A stretch of 64,000 nucleotides of DNA, taken from contig JBAXUB010000006.1 in NCBI GenBank assembly GCA_037129895.1, forward strand, positions 3,580 to 67,579. Direction: 5' to 3'. Below, in pieces: positions 48,265 to 56,674 of the stretch. The DNA comes from Candidatus Tayloriibacteriota bacterium. Its GTDB lineage: Bacteria > Patescibacteriota > Minisyncoccia > Phycocordibacterales > PALSA-1337. Position numbers and translations under genes: made by a program. Every line of letters starts with the position of its first letter. Position 1 is the first letter of the stretch. The notes under the pieces are model-generated. The model did no database searches. It was given only the letters and a program-made list of their open reading frames with translations, and was not told the DNA's origin.

Positions 48265-49479
48265 ATGAAAATATTGTCTAACGGCTTTCCAACTAACCTG
48301 CCCAATTCTGAAGTAGTATCTCAGGGTGGTCCGGCAAATTTTGCAAAGCTTTTTTATAATAGCACATCCTTTTGTCCACAAAACAGTTGGATTGGTGTGA
48401 TGTTCAAAAAAAGTGAAATGTCTTCACCTAGGATGAAGATGGTCCATGCATTTTTTAAACGAACTTATTATCAGGTGTACCTTCCCAAGGATCAACTCAA
48501 AAGCATAACACAAGCTAATGCTAAAACTAATCCAGATAAGGTTCTCAAGAGTACCATTGATCGACTTGCTGATTTTATGAAGGAAGAAAAACCGGATATA
48601 GTGTTTTTAAATGGGTTCGGTGTTTATAACTGGATATTGCTTAAGGCTGCACAACAGGCTATTATTCCCGTAGTTGTTCAACATGCTGGCATATTAACCA
48701 AAGAACTGGATATTCACAAACATTTCTTTAGTCTTGCTGGTAAAAAGATCATAGAGGAAATGGAGAAAGATTCAACTAGACTAACAAATGCTGAGATTTT
48801 TCTTAATGATTGGAGTAAAAAATATTACTGTAAAAATGTGGAAAAACGCAAGAATGAACATTCGTACATCATTCCTCTTCCATTCGATTTTCTTTCTTTT
48901 GGACAACAACAAAACCCAGATTTTCAATCAATTTCTTCCAAACTCGATTCGAAAAAATACCACATTGGTGTGATTGCTAGATGGGATGAAATAAAAAACC
49001 ACTCCGCTATCCTTGCTCTGGCTAAAGAAATTAAAAGGTTGGAATTACCTTGGCAGATCTATGTAGTTTCAAATATTCCAAATAGCGACCCAAGAAAAAT
49101 GGAATACGAAAAATATATTTCTATCATACCACAGCTCAATCGAGTAGAGATATCAGATTTCTGTCGCGGAATGGATCTGTTGATTCAGCCGTCCGTTTTT
49201 GATGTCTCCCCCACTGTTGTTTTAGAAGCTACTTCTTCAAACACACCAATTGCCATTTCTGACAATGTGGGATATGTTGGTGATTTCTTATCAAATGGAG
49301 CTAAAGACTGGGTGATTGATTGGAGTAATGCTAGCGAGGTGGTCAAAAAGATATCAAAAATCAAAGATAAGAAAATGCCACAAGCTCTTAAAAGATATCT
49401 GACCTACCGTCATGATCATACACGGGTTATTGATGCTTATATTGATCTGTTCGCAAAACTTTCCCAGAACAAGATTTAA
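48265..49479 (+). CDS. Glycosyltransferase, GT4-like
   Basis: GGPA start, KPDIVFLNG and DLLIQPSVFDVSPTVVLEA motifs; start at MKILSNG. Confidence 0.82.
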   Translation: MKILSNGFPTNLPNSEVVSQGGPANFAKLFYNSTSFCPQNSWIGVMFKKSEMSSPRMKMVHAFFKRTYYQVYLPKDQLKSITQANAKTNPDKVLKSTIDRLADFMKEEKPDIVFLNGFGVYNWILLKAAQQAIIPVVVQHAGILTKELDIHKHFFSLAGKKIIEEMEKDSTRLTNAEIFLNDWSKKYYCKNVEKRKNEHSYIIPLPFDFLSFGQQQNPDFQSISSKLDSKKYHIGVIARWDEIKNHSAILALAKEIKRLELPWQIYVVSNIPNSDPRKMEYEKYISIIPQLNRVEISDFCRGMDLLIQPSVFDVSPTVVLEATSSNTPIAISDNVGYVGDFLSNGAKDWVIDWSNASEVVKKISKIKDKKMPQALKRYLTYRHDHTRVIDAYIDLFAKLSQNKI

Positions 49480-49492
49480 ACACTTGTGTATA

Positions 49493-50512
49493 TTAAGCTA
49501 TAAATTCTGCTATTGTTTTTTCAATTCTTTCTTCCAATAGAGGTAAATAGTTGGAAATTTCGGTTTGAATTTTATCATAGTTATCAAAGACGAATTTTAC
49601 TTTATCTCTAATCGCAATGGGGCTGTCGATCTTACTAATAATAAGATTATTTTTTAAATATTCGCTCCAAGTATAAACTAGTGAAGTATCACTCGTTAAA
49701 CACGGAATACCGTAACACAAGCTTTCGACCACAGTCACTGGGAAACAATCTGTGAAGCTTACATACAAATTTATGTCCATGGATTGCATAATCTTTGCAT
49801 ATTCCTCATGGGGTAAAATATTATATCTTTTTATTCTGGATTCATCTAGAAAGAAATATTTGGGTAATTCATTGACATGAACAGTTGCCCTATTTAGCAT
49901 TAAACCGGCGATTGTTTGGTTTAGTAAATTACGATGCCACATATTTGATCCCCAGACACCTAAATTAGGCATATTGAGGTTTAAGTTGTGCTTGAATGAC
50001 TCAAACTTTGGTATACGGTTCATAACATGGAAGGTGCTAATTCCTTTTTCCTTAAAATACACTGCAACATCAGGTTTTATGAAACCCATCTTTTCTATGA
50101 AACCTCGTTCGTATGCTTTGAACATTTTTTCTAACCAAGAGACTTCATCTGGACGGCCGTTATACCAAGTAAACGAAGTGTGCGATAAAAAGAACACTCT
50201 AGTCTCCGGAAATTTAGTTTTGAGAGCTTCGGCCAGAATATCATAACCATTTGGGTAGCCATTTAAAATAACTTTTTGTGGTTTATCTTTCATTATTTCA
50301 TCTGCTATTCTTTCTGCTTCGAAAAATGAAGAAATTTCAGCTACTTCAAAAACTACAGGTGTTAGTGCGTATGTCGCCGATTTTATGCCGCGCCAAGACG
50401 GATGACAAACTCCTACAATGTCTGTTGTTTTGTGCTGCACATTGTTTGTTGCGTCAATATAGGCGATATTAACTTGCTTCTTCACACTAGATTTTTCGTT
50501 TGGAAACTCCAT
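49493..50512 (-). CDS. Glycosyltransferase, GT4-like
   Basis: DINLYVSFTDCFPVTVVESLCYGIPCLTSD C-terminal GT-B motif. Confidence 0.78.
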   Translation of the reverse strand: MEFPNEKSSVKKQVNIAYIDATNNVQHKTTDIVGVCHPSWRGIKSATYALTPVVFEVAEISSFFEAERIADEIMKDKPQKVILNGYPNGYDILAEALKTKFPETRVFFLSHTSFTWYNGRPDEVSWLEKMFKAYERGFIEKMGFIKPDVAVYFKEKGISTFHVMNRIPKFESFKHNLNLNMPNLGVWGSNMWHRNLLNQTIAGLMLNRATVHVNELPKYFFLDESRIKRYNILPHEEYAKIMQSMDINLYVSFTDCFPVTVVESLCYGIPCLTSDTSLVYTWSEYLKNNLIISKIDSPIAIRDKVKFVFDNYDKIQTEISNYLPLLEERIEKTIAEFIA

Positions 50513-50543
50513 AACAGTACATTAGCATATTTGTACAAATAAT

Positions 50544-50578
50544 AAAAAAGCGCCTCCAAGTCTTAGTTGGAAGCGTTT
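50544..50578 (-). terminator. Intrinsic terminator
   Basis: AAAAAAGCGCCTCCAA-gtcttag-TTGGAAGCGTTT. Confidence 0.65.
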
Positions 50579-50589
50579 GGAAAAATCTA

Positions 50590-51183
50590 CTATTCCGCAT
50601 CTTCTTCTGGGTACCATTTTTTGATGCACTCAGGGCACATGCCGTGACTAAACTCGAAATTCGAGTGATTTTTGATGTACACTTCGATTTGGTGCCAGCG
50701 GTCTTGCTCATCTCGAATCTTCTTGCAACCTGCGCAGATCGGAAGAAGCTCACGCAATATCCTGACCTGCTTATGTGATTGATGTAGTTCCTTCACTACT
50801 TCTAGATTTTCAGTGATATCGCGTATGAAACAGATATATCGTCTGAAATTGTTGATATGTCTAAACTGAATGCTTATCTCTACATCAATAATCCTTCCAT
50901 CTTTACGACGGTGTTTTGATTTGAATCGTTCCATGCCCAGTTCCGTAATCTTCTTGATTTGAGCGAAGATTTCGTCAGCAGTTAGTGCAGCCTCAACATC
51001 GCAAATCATCATAGATAACAACTCCTGCTCACTGAAACCAGACATCTTGCAGTAGGCCTCATTAACTAGAAGTATATGCCCATGCATATCTAGTAGCCAG
51101 AAACCATCCATGGATGATTCGATAATAGTTTGGTAGATCACCAACTGCTCTTCAATCGAAGTGCTTTTCATTGCTTCATTCAT
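50590..51183 (-). CDS. PAS-domain protein with a C-terminal Cys-rich (LLPICxxCKKIRD...SHGxCPEC) domain
   Basis: PAS S-box VNEAYCKMSGFSEQELL and PAC RRKDG motifs, plus a CxxC...HxxCxxC tail. Confidence 0.88.
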   Translation of the reverse strand: MNEAMKSTSIEEQLVIYQTIIESSMDGFWLLDMHGHILLVNEAYCKMSGFSEQELLSMMICDVEAALTADEIFAQIKKITELGMERFKSKHRRKDGRIIDVEISIQFRHINNFRRYICFIRDITENLEVVKELHQSHKQVRILRELLPICAGCKKIRDEQDRWHQIEVYIKNHSNFEFSHGMCPECIKKWYPEEDAE

Positions 51184-51312
51184 TATTCAGTCTTTCTATT
51201 TGTTTTGCTTTGCGTATTGTCAAAGTTGTACACTGATCCAAGTTCAGGACATAGTTTAGCACAGAATTCGGTAGTTGTCCATATCCACAACTGCTCTAGT
51301 AATAGCAGTCAA

Positions 51313-51345
51313 TAAAAAAAGCGCAATGCACGGGCATCACGCTTT
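51313..51345. terminator. Intrinsic terminator
   Basis: AAAAAAAGCG-caatgcacgggcatca-CGCTTTT. Confidence 0.55.
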
Positions 51346-51371
51346 TGTGTTTTGTTCAGATACTGATAGTA

Positions 51372-52517
51372 CTAATCGAATGTGATTCTCGTATTGGGTG
51401 CAGACTCACGTTGGAGAGAACGTTCATGTCTCTTGAATAGCCAACTCTTTCCACTTGTTGAGTAGAACGGCATGACTGAATTGGTACGGATGACATTGCT
51501 ATTATCCGTCCAAACGACTTGGTCACAATCACTGTTGCCGTCTGCAACGTACATACTACGAAGTGTGCACGTGGATTTGGCTGTTGAATAGCCAACGGTG
51601 ATCTTGGCCGTGGCACTAGTACGAGAAATCGTGTTCGGGTCTAGTATAGCCGTACCACCATCTCGGTAAGTGATATTCAGTGTTTTGGTAGCCGTTCGAA
51701 AGTCTGCTATGGATATGTCGGCGTGAGGACGATTCTCGATTTCAGCAGGACCGATGAGAACCGAATTACCAAAACATATACTCTCAAAGTTAACTGGCGG
51801 AAATGGAATCCATCGCAAGTAGCCGTCAGTATATATGACACCGTAGATCGGGAATTTCGTCGTGCCTGGTATGTTACCCCCAAATTCGATGAATGTGATA
51901 TTCGTCTGAATCGTGATGCCGTCTTTCTTGAAGGTCATGCCTAGCGGTCTCCAAAACTCTTCTAGTCTAGTTATGATGACGTAGATCGTACCAACATCAT
52001 AAACATTTTGTTTCAAGAATGGGCCTTGATAGACATCCAAGATCGGTGCGAAATTCGGACAACCAGTCCAGTTTTCATTGCAAACATTGTTGTTCACAAC
52101 GTAATCAGTTGGATGTGTCGAGGTGATGTATATATGTGCCGCATTTGTCCTGAAGACAATATTTAGATTGTCATGTTCAGGACAGTTGTCTGGGATAGAG
52201 TTGTTCATGGTGACCCAATTGGTCGGGTACATGGCAGCTCGAATGTATTCCATGTTGCCGTCTGTTCCTTCATTCCAGTATTGATGGGCATTGGCATTGT
52301 TCGTGTGGTAGAAATACGATCGTACAGGAGACCAGTTCAGGAAGTCCTGCGATGATTCGAATCTGTAATACACGTTAGTCTGGCCGTTGATCTGGATCTG
52401 GTGATCGTACCGGTCATTGTTAATTTTCAGTGTCGGCCGCGATGTGGCGGCAGTCACAGAAACATTGAATACGAGGCTAATCAAAGCCATGAATACGATA
52501 TTTTTGCTATTTTTCAT
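51372..52517 (-). CDS. Secreted hypothetical protein (381 aa, beta-rich)
   Basis: Signal peptide, SD AAAGGA, long clean ORF. Confidence 0.8.
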   Translation of the reverse strand: MKNSKNIVFMALISLVFNVSVTAATSRPTLKINNDRYDHQIQINGQTNVYYRFESSQDFLNWSPVRSYFYHTNNANAHQYWNEGTDGNMEYIRAAMYPTNWVTMNNSIPDNCPEHDNLNIVFRTNAAHIYITSTHPTDYVVNNNVCNENWTGCPNFAPILDVYQGPFLKQNVYDVGTIYVIITRLEEFWRPLGMTFKKDGITIQTNITFIEFGGNIPGTTKFPIYGVIYTDGYLRWIPFPPVNFESICFGNSVLIGPAEIENRPHADISIADFRTATKTLNITYRDGGTAILDPNTISRTSATAKITVGYSTAKSTCTLRSMYVADGNSDCDQVVWTDNSNVIRTNSVMPFYSTSGKSWLFKRHERSLQRESAPNTRITFD

Positions 52518-52685
52518 TTAGTATCCTTTTTGTTAAAGGTCAGTTTAAGCAAATACTACTCCTGAATAGCAATTTAGCAAGTATGAAAATGATGACTTAT
52601 CGATATATAGCTTCCGAAAATATTCAATGACAATCGATGTATATAGTGATACAGTGTAATAAATTGGTCATTTAGTTATTGAATT

Positions 52686-52985
52686 ATGAATATACTGTTT
52701 ATTCTGTTTCTGGTCGTAGGTGTATCCATCCTTGTCGTAGCTCTAGTCCATGAATTGTCGACACTAGGTGAATCGAGAATGGAGACATGGAGGTTGGTTG
52801 GTCTCGGTCTTTCCATCACATTGTTTGCGTTCACGATGTTCTATGATGTGGTTAGGGAGATCACATCGTGTGTCCTTCTGACAGCATTTGGCTACTACGT
52901 CGTTGTAAAAGTCGTCGATTTGGCGGAGCCAGGACTAAAGACATTTGTTTGTGATCTCATGAGAAAAGCAGCGAGAGACGAATGA
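52686..52985 (+). CDS. Small membrane protein (three TM helices)
   Basis: Three hydrophobic segments; a terminator-like hairpin follows. Confidence 0.6.
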   Translation: MNILFILFLVVGVSILVVALVHELSTLGESRMETWRLVGLGLSITLFAFTMFYDVVREITSCVLLTAFGYYVVVKVVDLAEPGLKTFVCDLMRKAARDE

Positions 52986-53040
52986 GGTCGCTCACCGACA
53001 TCAGTCTATTCCGTATCACTTCATCATCCCCTGTCGCCCT

Positions 53041-53069
53041 TAGCCAGTCTCTCGTAGGCTGGCTATTTT
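53041..53069 (+). terminator. Intrinsic terminator
   Basis: TAGCCAGTCT-ctcgt-AGGCTGGCTA-TTTT. Confidence 0.75.
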
Positions 53070-53074
53070 GTAGA

Positions 53075-53095
53075 TGTAGAGGTCTGACCTCTACA
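53075..53095. repeat. REP-like palindrome, copy 8
   Basis: Perfect TGTAGAGGTC-T-GACCTCTACA preceded by a TGTAGA duplication, 2 nt from the stop of the cohesin gene. Confidence 0.92.
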
Positions 53096-53097
53096 GA

Positions 53098-54297
53098 TCA
53101 GATCTTCTTTATATCATTGATTCCCTTCTCGATCTTCTTCTCGATAGACGTGAGCTCTGCATCGAGATCTTTCTTTGTACCCTCTTCTCGCTTCTTTGCA
53201 CCAGATATTGATCCTGACTTTATCAGATATTTCACGTAGCTATTCAAACCGGTCTTCAAAGTATCAAAGCCCTTATGTAATGTCTCTTTGGCCTCTTTCA
53301 CTTCTTTGAACTTCTTGTGTCGTAAACGTAGGTACATAGACAAGATGATGAATAGAGCGATGATTAGTAGGATCGATAAAATCGTCAGTAGTAGAACTAT
53401 TACCTTCAATGATATAGACGTTCCGCCAATATTCAGAGTCGATCCATTGACTACTTCTACATATGATATCTGTGATGACGGACCCATAGTACCGTTAGGC
53501 AAGATATTGATTGCCCATATCTTGTAATAACCGGAGCGTACAGAATATTTGAATGTGTAAGCGAAACTTCCATCAGGATTAACAGTTATCTGTGTAATGT
53601 CTGGATTGTATTTACCTTTTTGAATATAAACTTGCATCGATACATTCGGCATACTATTACCAGTAAATGATAACGTGTCACCTTCATTCAATGTATCCGG
53701 AATATTCGACAATATAGGTGCTGTAGGAATCAGGTTTGCCGATGAGGCTAGTTTCGTAGTTGTAGCCAGGGCGTCCGTCGCGGGTACGATTTCCTCTACT
53801 GGCACTGATGCCGCTTCTCCGATATTTACTGATAAAGCCTTTGATACAGATAACACATCAGTACCTAGTCCATCATTTGCAAGAACTGAACCATTTTGCA
53901 GGGTGACCATCGTCTGACCTGGTTTCTTGGCTCTGAATGTGACACTCACGATAGCTCCGTTAGCACCGTTCCAACCTGGTGAAGGTCGTCCTCCAGAAAG
54001 GTGCAGGTTACCTGATGAGTTCGAATACTTCGGCTCCTCAGCCCAGATGGAAAATATTGATTGAGAATATCCAACACTTTGAATAGATAATAGACTCGTG
54101 TCGTACTTCATATCTAGAGAAGCGGCATTGACCGCCATGCTCTCTGAGTCTAGGTCGATCGTAACTGTGAATGTTTGGCCAGCTCGTACTGACTCACTCT
54201 CTGGCACCATATATAGTATCGCGGCATTCGTAAAACATGGGAATGCGAAAATAGATATTGCAGTAACTATCGGGAATAGAAAATAGTTCTTTTTCAT
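53098..54297 (-). CDS. Cohesin-domain protein with Ig-like domain, C-terminal TM helix and cytoplasmic coiled coil
   Basis: Signal peptide; GQTFTVTIDLDSES.AVNAAS....YD..LL, SIFSIW...P, GG.P.PG..G..G.I.S.TF.AK..G and VLANDG.GT motifs; TM helix near residue 300. Confidence 0.78.
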   Translation of the reverse strand: MKKNYFLFPIVTAISIFAFPCFTNAAILYMVPESESVRAGQTFTVTIDLDSESMAVNAASLDMKYDTSLLSIQSVGYSQSIFSIWAEEPKYSNSSGNLHLSGGRPSPGWNGANGAIVSVTFRAKKPGQTMVTLQNGSVLANDGLGTDVLSVSKALSVNIGEAASVPVEEIVPATDALATTTKLASSANLIPTAPILSNIPDTLNEGDTLSFTGNSMPNVSMQVYIQKGKYNPDITQITVNPDGSFAYTFKYSVRSGYYKIWAINILPNGTMGPSSQISYVEVVNGSTLNIGGTSISLKVIVLLLTILSILLIIALFIILSMYLRLRHKKFKEVKEAKETLHKGFDTLKTGLNSYVKYLIKSGSISGAKKREEGTKKDLDAELTSIEKKIEKGINDIKKI

Positions 54298-55277
54298 TGG
54301 ATGCTTTTTATGCTGGTCTGATTATACCACCTTATGACTCGTGGAAAAATGATGATGAATAGAATAACGACTATGATCAGAAGCAAATATGCTGACACTC
54401 CAATATTAAATGGCTTAATTATTGATTCTTCCCTCACATTACCTGATGCATCGAAGGCTCTAACCTCGATCGTACTTATCCATTTCTGATAATAGAGAAT
54501 TTGCGGGCTTTGGGCTTGTGTCCAGAGTTTACTGACACCAAGAATGGAAATAATCCACGGACGTTCCTCGATCTCATATCTCGTGACACCAGATCCTTTG
54601 TCTACTGCAAAGAACGATACGAAGTAGTCGTTGTCAGTCACAGTCGGATCACTACCAAGTGATATGTCGAATGGTTCTGGCGAAGTAGTATCGTCACTCG
54701 GTTTATAGACGATTTTGGTGGCTCTATCATCATTACCGACTGACAATCTGAGTTTGGTAATTGTGACATTGGATAATGCTGTTCCTCTTCCATCATTAAT
54801 ATATGCATTGAAATTGTCCACACTGAGTGATTGATCGCCATGCTTGAGGGCGGTCAAGACAAATGAAAGAATATTCCCACTAGAACCAGAATATCCCCCA
54901 GGAAGTCCGCCAGAGAATCTGATCTCAGACGATGTAGATGATCTGTGAATGTTCTCTAGACTAGGCCGATCGATCCAAAGCGATATGAACGAACCCCCTA
55001 TTTCAATATTCGATACCTCAAATGCTTGCGTTGGTATGAGGATAGATCCGCCCATCGAATTGATCTGTTTACCTTTTGCGTCTAGGTTTAGAGAAACTAT
55101 GAAACTGTCACCAACGTTGTACTTTGATTGCGCCGTTTTCATCGTTACAGTCTGTGCTGACGTTGTCGATGGTAGATTGAATAGAATATAAGATACAGAA
55201 AATACGGCGACCAAAACAAATCTCTGCAAATGATTCTCTCTGTGCCATATGTCCACTATTTCGTTAATATTTATCAT
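54294..55277 (-). CDS. Cohesin-domain protein with Ig-like domain and C-terminal TM helix
   Basis: VGDSFIVSLNLDAKGKQIN, GSFISLW...P, FSGGLPGGYSG..G.I..F and NDGRGT motifs; DTTSPEPF...DKGSGV..YE; C-terminal TM helix. Confidence 0.75.
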   Translation of the reverse strand: MININEIVDIWHRENHLQRFVLVAVFSVSYILFNLPSTTSAQTVTMKTAQSKYNVGDSFIVSLNLDAKGKQINSMGGSILIPTQAFEVSNIEIGGSFISLWIDRPSLENIHRSSTSSEIRFSGGLPGGYSGSSGNILSFVLTALKHGDQSLSVDNFNAYINDGRGTALSNVTITKLRLSVGNDDRATKIVYKPSDDTTSPEPFDISLGSDPTVTDNDYFVSFFAVDKGSGVTRYEIEERPWIISILGVSKLWTQAQSPQILYYQKWISTIEVRAFDASGNVREESIIKPFNIGVSAYLLLIIVVILFIIIFPRVIRWYNQTSIKSIQ

Positions 55278-55300
55278 AAGTATTGTCGATGAATGAACTA

Positions 55301-56674
55301 TTACCTAGTTCCAGTCCACCAGTACATCATTATAGAAAAATCTTGGAGGTTGACTCGACCGTCACCATTCAGGTCTGCACAGGGATTTGTTGGTTTAGTG
55401 TTACCCCAGAAGTACATCAGGATTGAAAAGTCAGTAATATTCACTTTGCCATCATTATTGATGTCGGCATGTGCACTACAAGCCGTAGCTTTCGGTGCAG
55501 TATTCAGGACATCTTTGTCGCCGACTTGAAAACCAAGTAATGATGAAAATGCCGAAGCAATATTCTTGTTGGCTATAGTCTGTGACTTCGTCGTATGTTC
55601 ACCTTTTTCTAGTAATGAAGAATTCAATGTATATATCCAACGGCCATATTTATCTGCTATTGTTTGATCGAGGATTTCCTTTTCTGAATTGATCATGATA
55701 TTTACTGAAGATATCGGGTATGAATATCCAAAGAACTTGATCGTGTTACCAATCTTGACGACGGATTTGTCAGAGGTGATAGTCGGTGCAACGATGATGT
55801 CCGATGTTGTGACAGATTGACCAGCGATTGCGTTAACTGTAAAACCAAAAGTCGGTGATTTGTAGTTGTCCTTGTCCAGGGCATATATTCCGAATGAGTA
55901 AATTCCAGAGGATACTGGGAATTCAGCCGCAAAATCACCGTTACTATCAGCTATGACCTGCTTTCCTATCGAGGCATCTTTCAGTATCACGATCTTGGCT
56001 CCAGGGTAAGCCAGACCTTTCAAAGAAATCTTTGTACTTGCTGCAGGACTAGGACTTCCGGCTCCACCTCCTCCTCCGCTACTGCCACCGCCTGTTGGAG
56101 GTGTCGGTGGTACTACCGGTGGTGTTACTGGTGTAGTAGCTACTGGTGTTGCAGATACTTCAGTCGAAGAAGCCACCACCATACCGAATGCATCTTGAGC
56201 TTGAATTATAAAAAAATATGGCTGACTGTTTGTAAGTGAGCTTCTCGTAGCACTGGTAACATTACCTACAGAAGTGAATGTATATGGTCCGCCAGAAGTA
56301 TTGGATTGACCGACGAGGTATCCACCAATATTGAATCCGAGGAATCCTTCTGAAGCTGTCCAACTAAGATCGACTTTCGCGTCTCCTGCTGATGCGGTGA
56401 CGACCGGTGTTGTGACTTTAGGAAAATATAGGAATCCAGAGTTCAACATGAATGTTGTCGCAGTCGAAGAACCGATAGCTATCTGTGACATACTGCCAGT
56501 CAAGCCAAAACTAGCTGATGTCATCTCCCTCACGCTGTTAAATGAAGAGTCGATAACTTTGTAGCTCGCTGAGCCAGGGTCAGTAGCGTTTACTATCAAA
56601 ATCGGCAAAACCAGTGCTACTGTCAGCAAAGAAAATCGTAATAATGTCGTTTTTGCATATTTACTCATAGTCAT
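55301..56674 (-). CDS. Secreted Fn3 + Ig-like + C-terminal dockerin type I protein
   Basis: Signal peptide; Fn3 (AGDAKVDLSWT...LTNSQPYFFIIQA); Pro/Gly linker; duplicated ADINNDGKVNITDFSILM / ADLNGDGRVNLQDFSIMM. Confidence 0.85.
   Translation of the reverse strand: MTMSKYAKTTLLRFSLLTVALVLPILIVNATDPGSASYKVIDSSFNSVREMTSASFGLTGSMSQIAIGSSTATTFMLNSGFLYFPKVTTPVVTASAGDAKVDLSWTASEGFLGFNIGGYLVGQSNTSGGPYTFTSVGNVTSATRSSLTNSQPYFFIIQAQDAFGMVVASSTEVSATPVATTPVTPPVVPPTPPTGGGSSGGGGGAGSPSPAASTKISLKGLAYPGAKIVILKDASIGKQVIADSNGDFAAEFPVSSGIYSFGIYALDKDNYKSPTFGFTVNAIAGQSVTTSDIIVAPTITSDKSVVKIGNTIKFFGYSYPISSVNIMINSEKEILDQTIADKYGRWIYTLNSSLLEKGEHTTKSQTIANKNIASAFSSLLGFQVGDKDVLNTAPKATACSAHADINNDGKVNITDFSILMYFWGNTKPTNPCADLNGDGRVNLQDFSIMMYWWTGTR

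Noticed and set aside
52982-53239. 85-aa ORF on the plus strand
   Set aside because: It runs through a terminator and a REP copy and overlaps the cohesin gene antisense, with no protein-like features.
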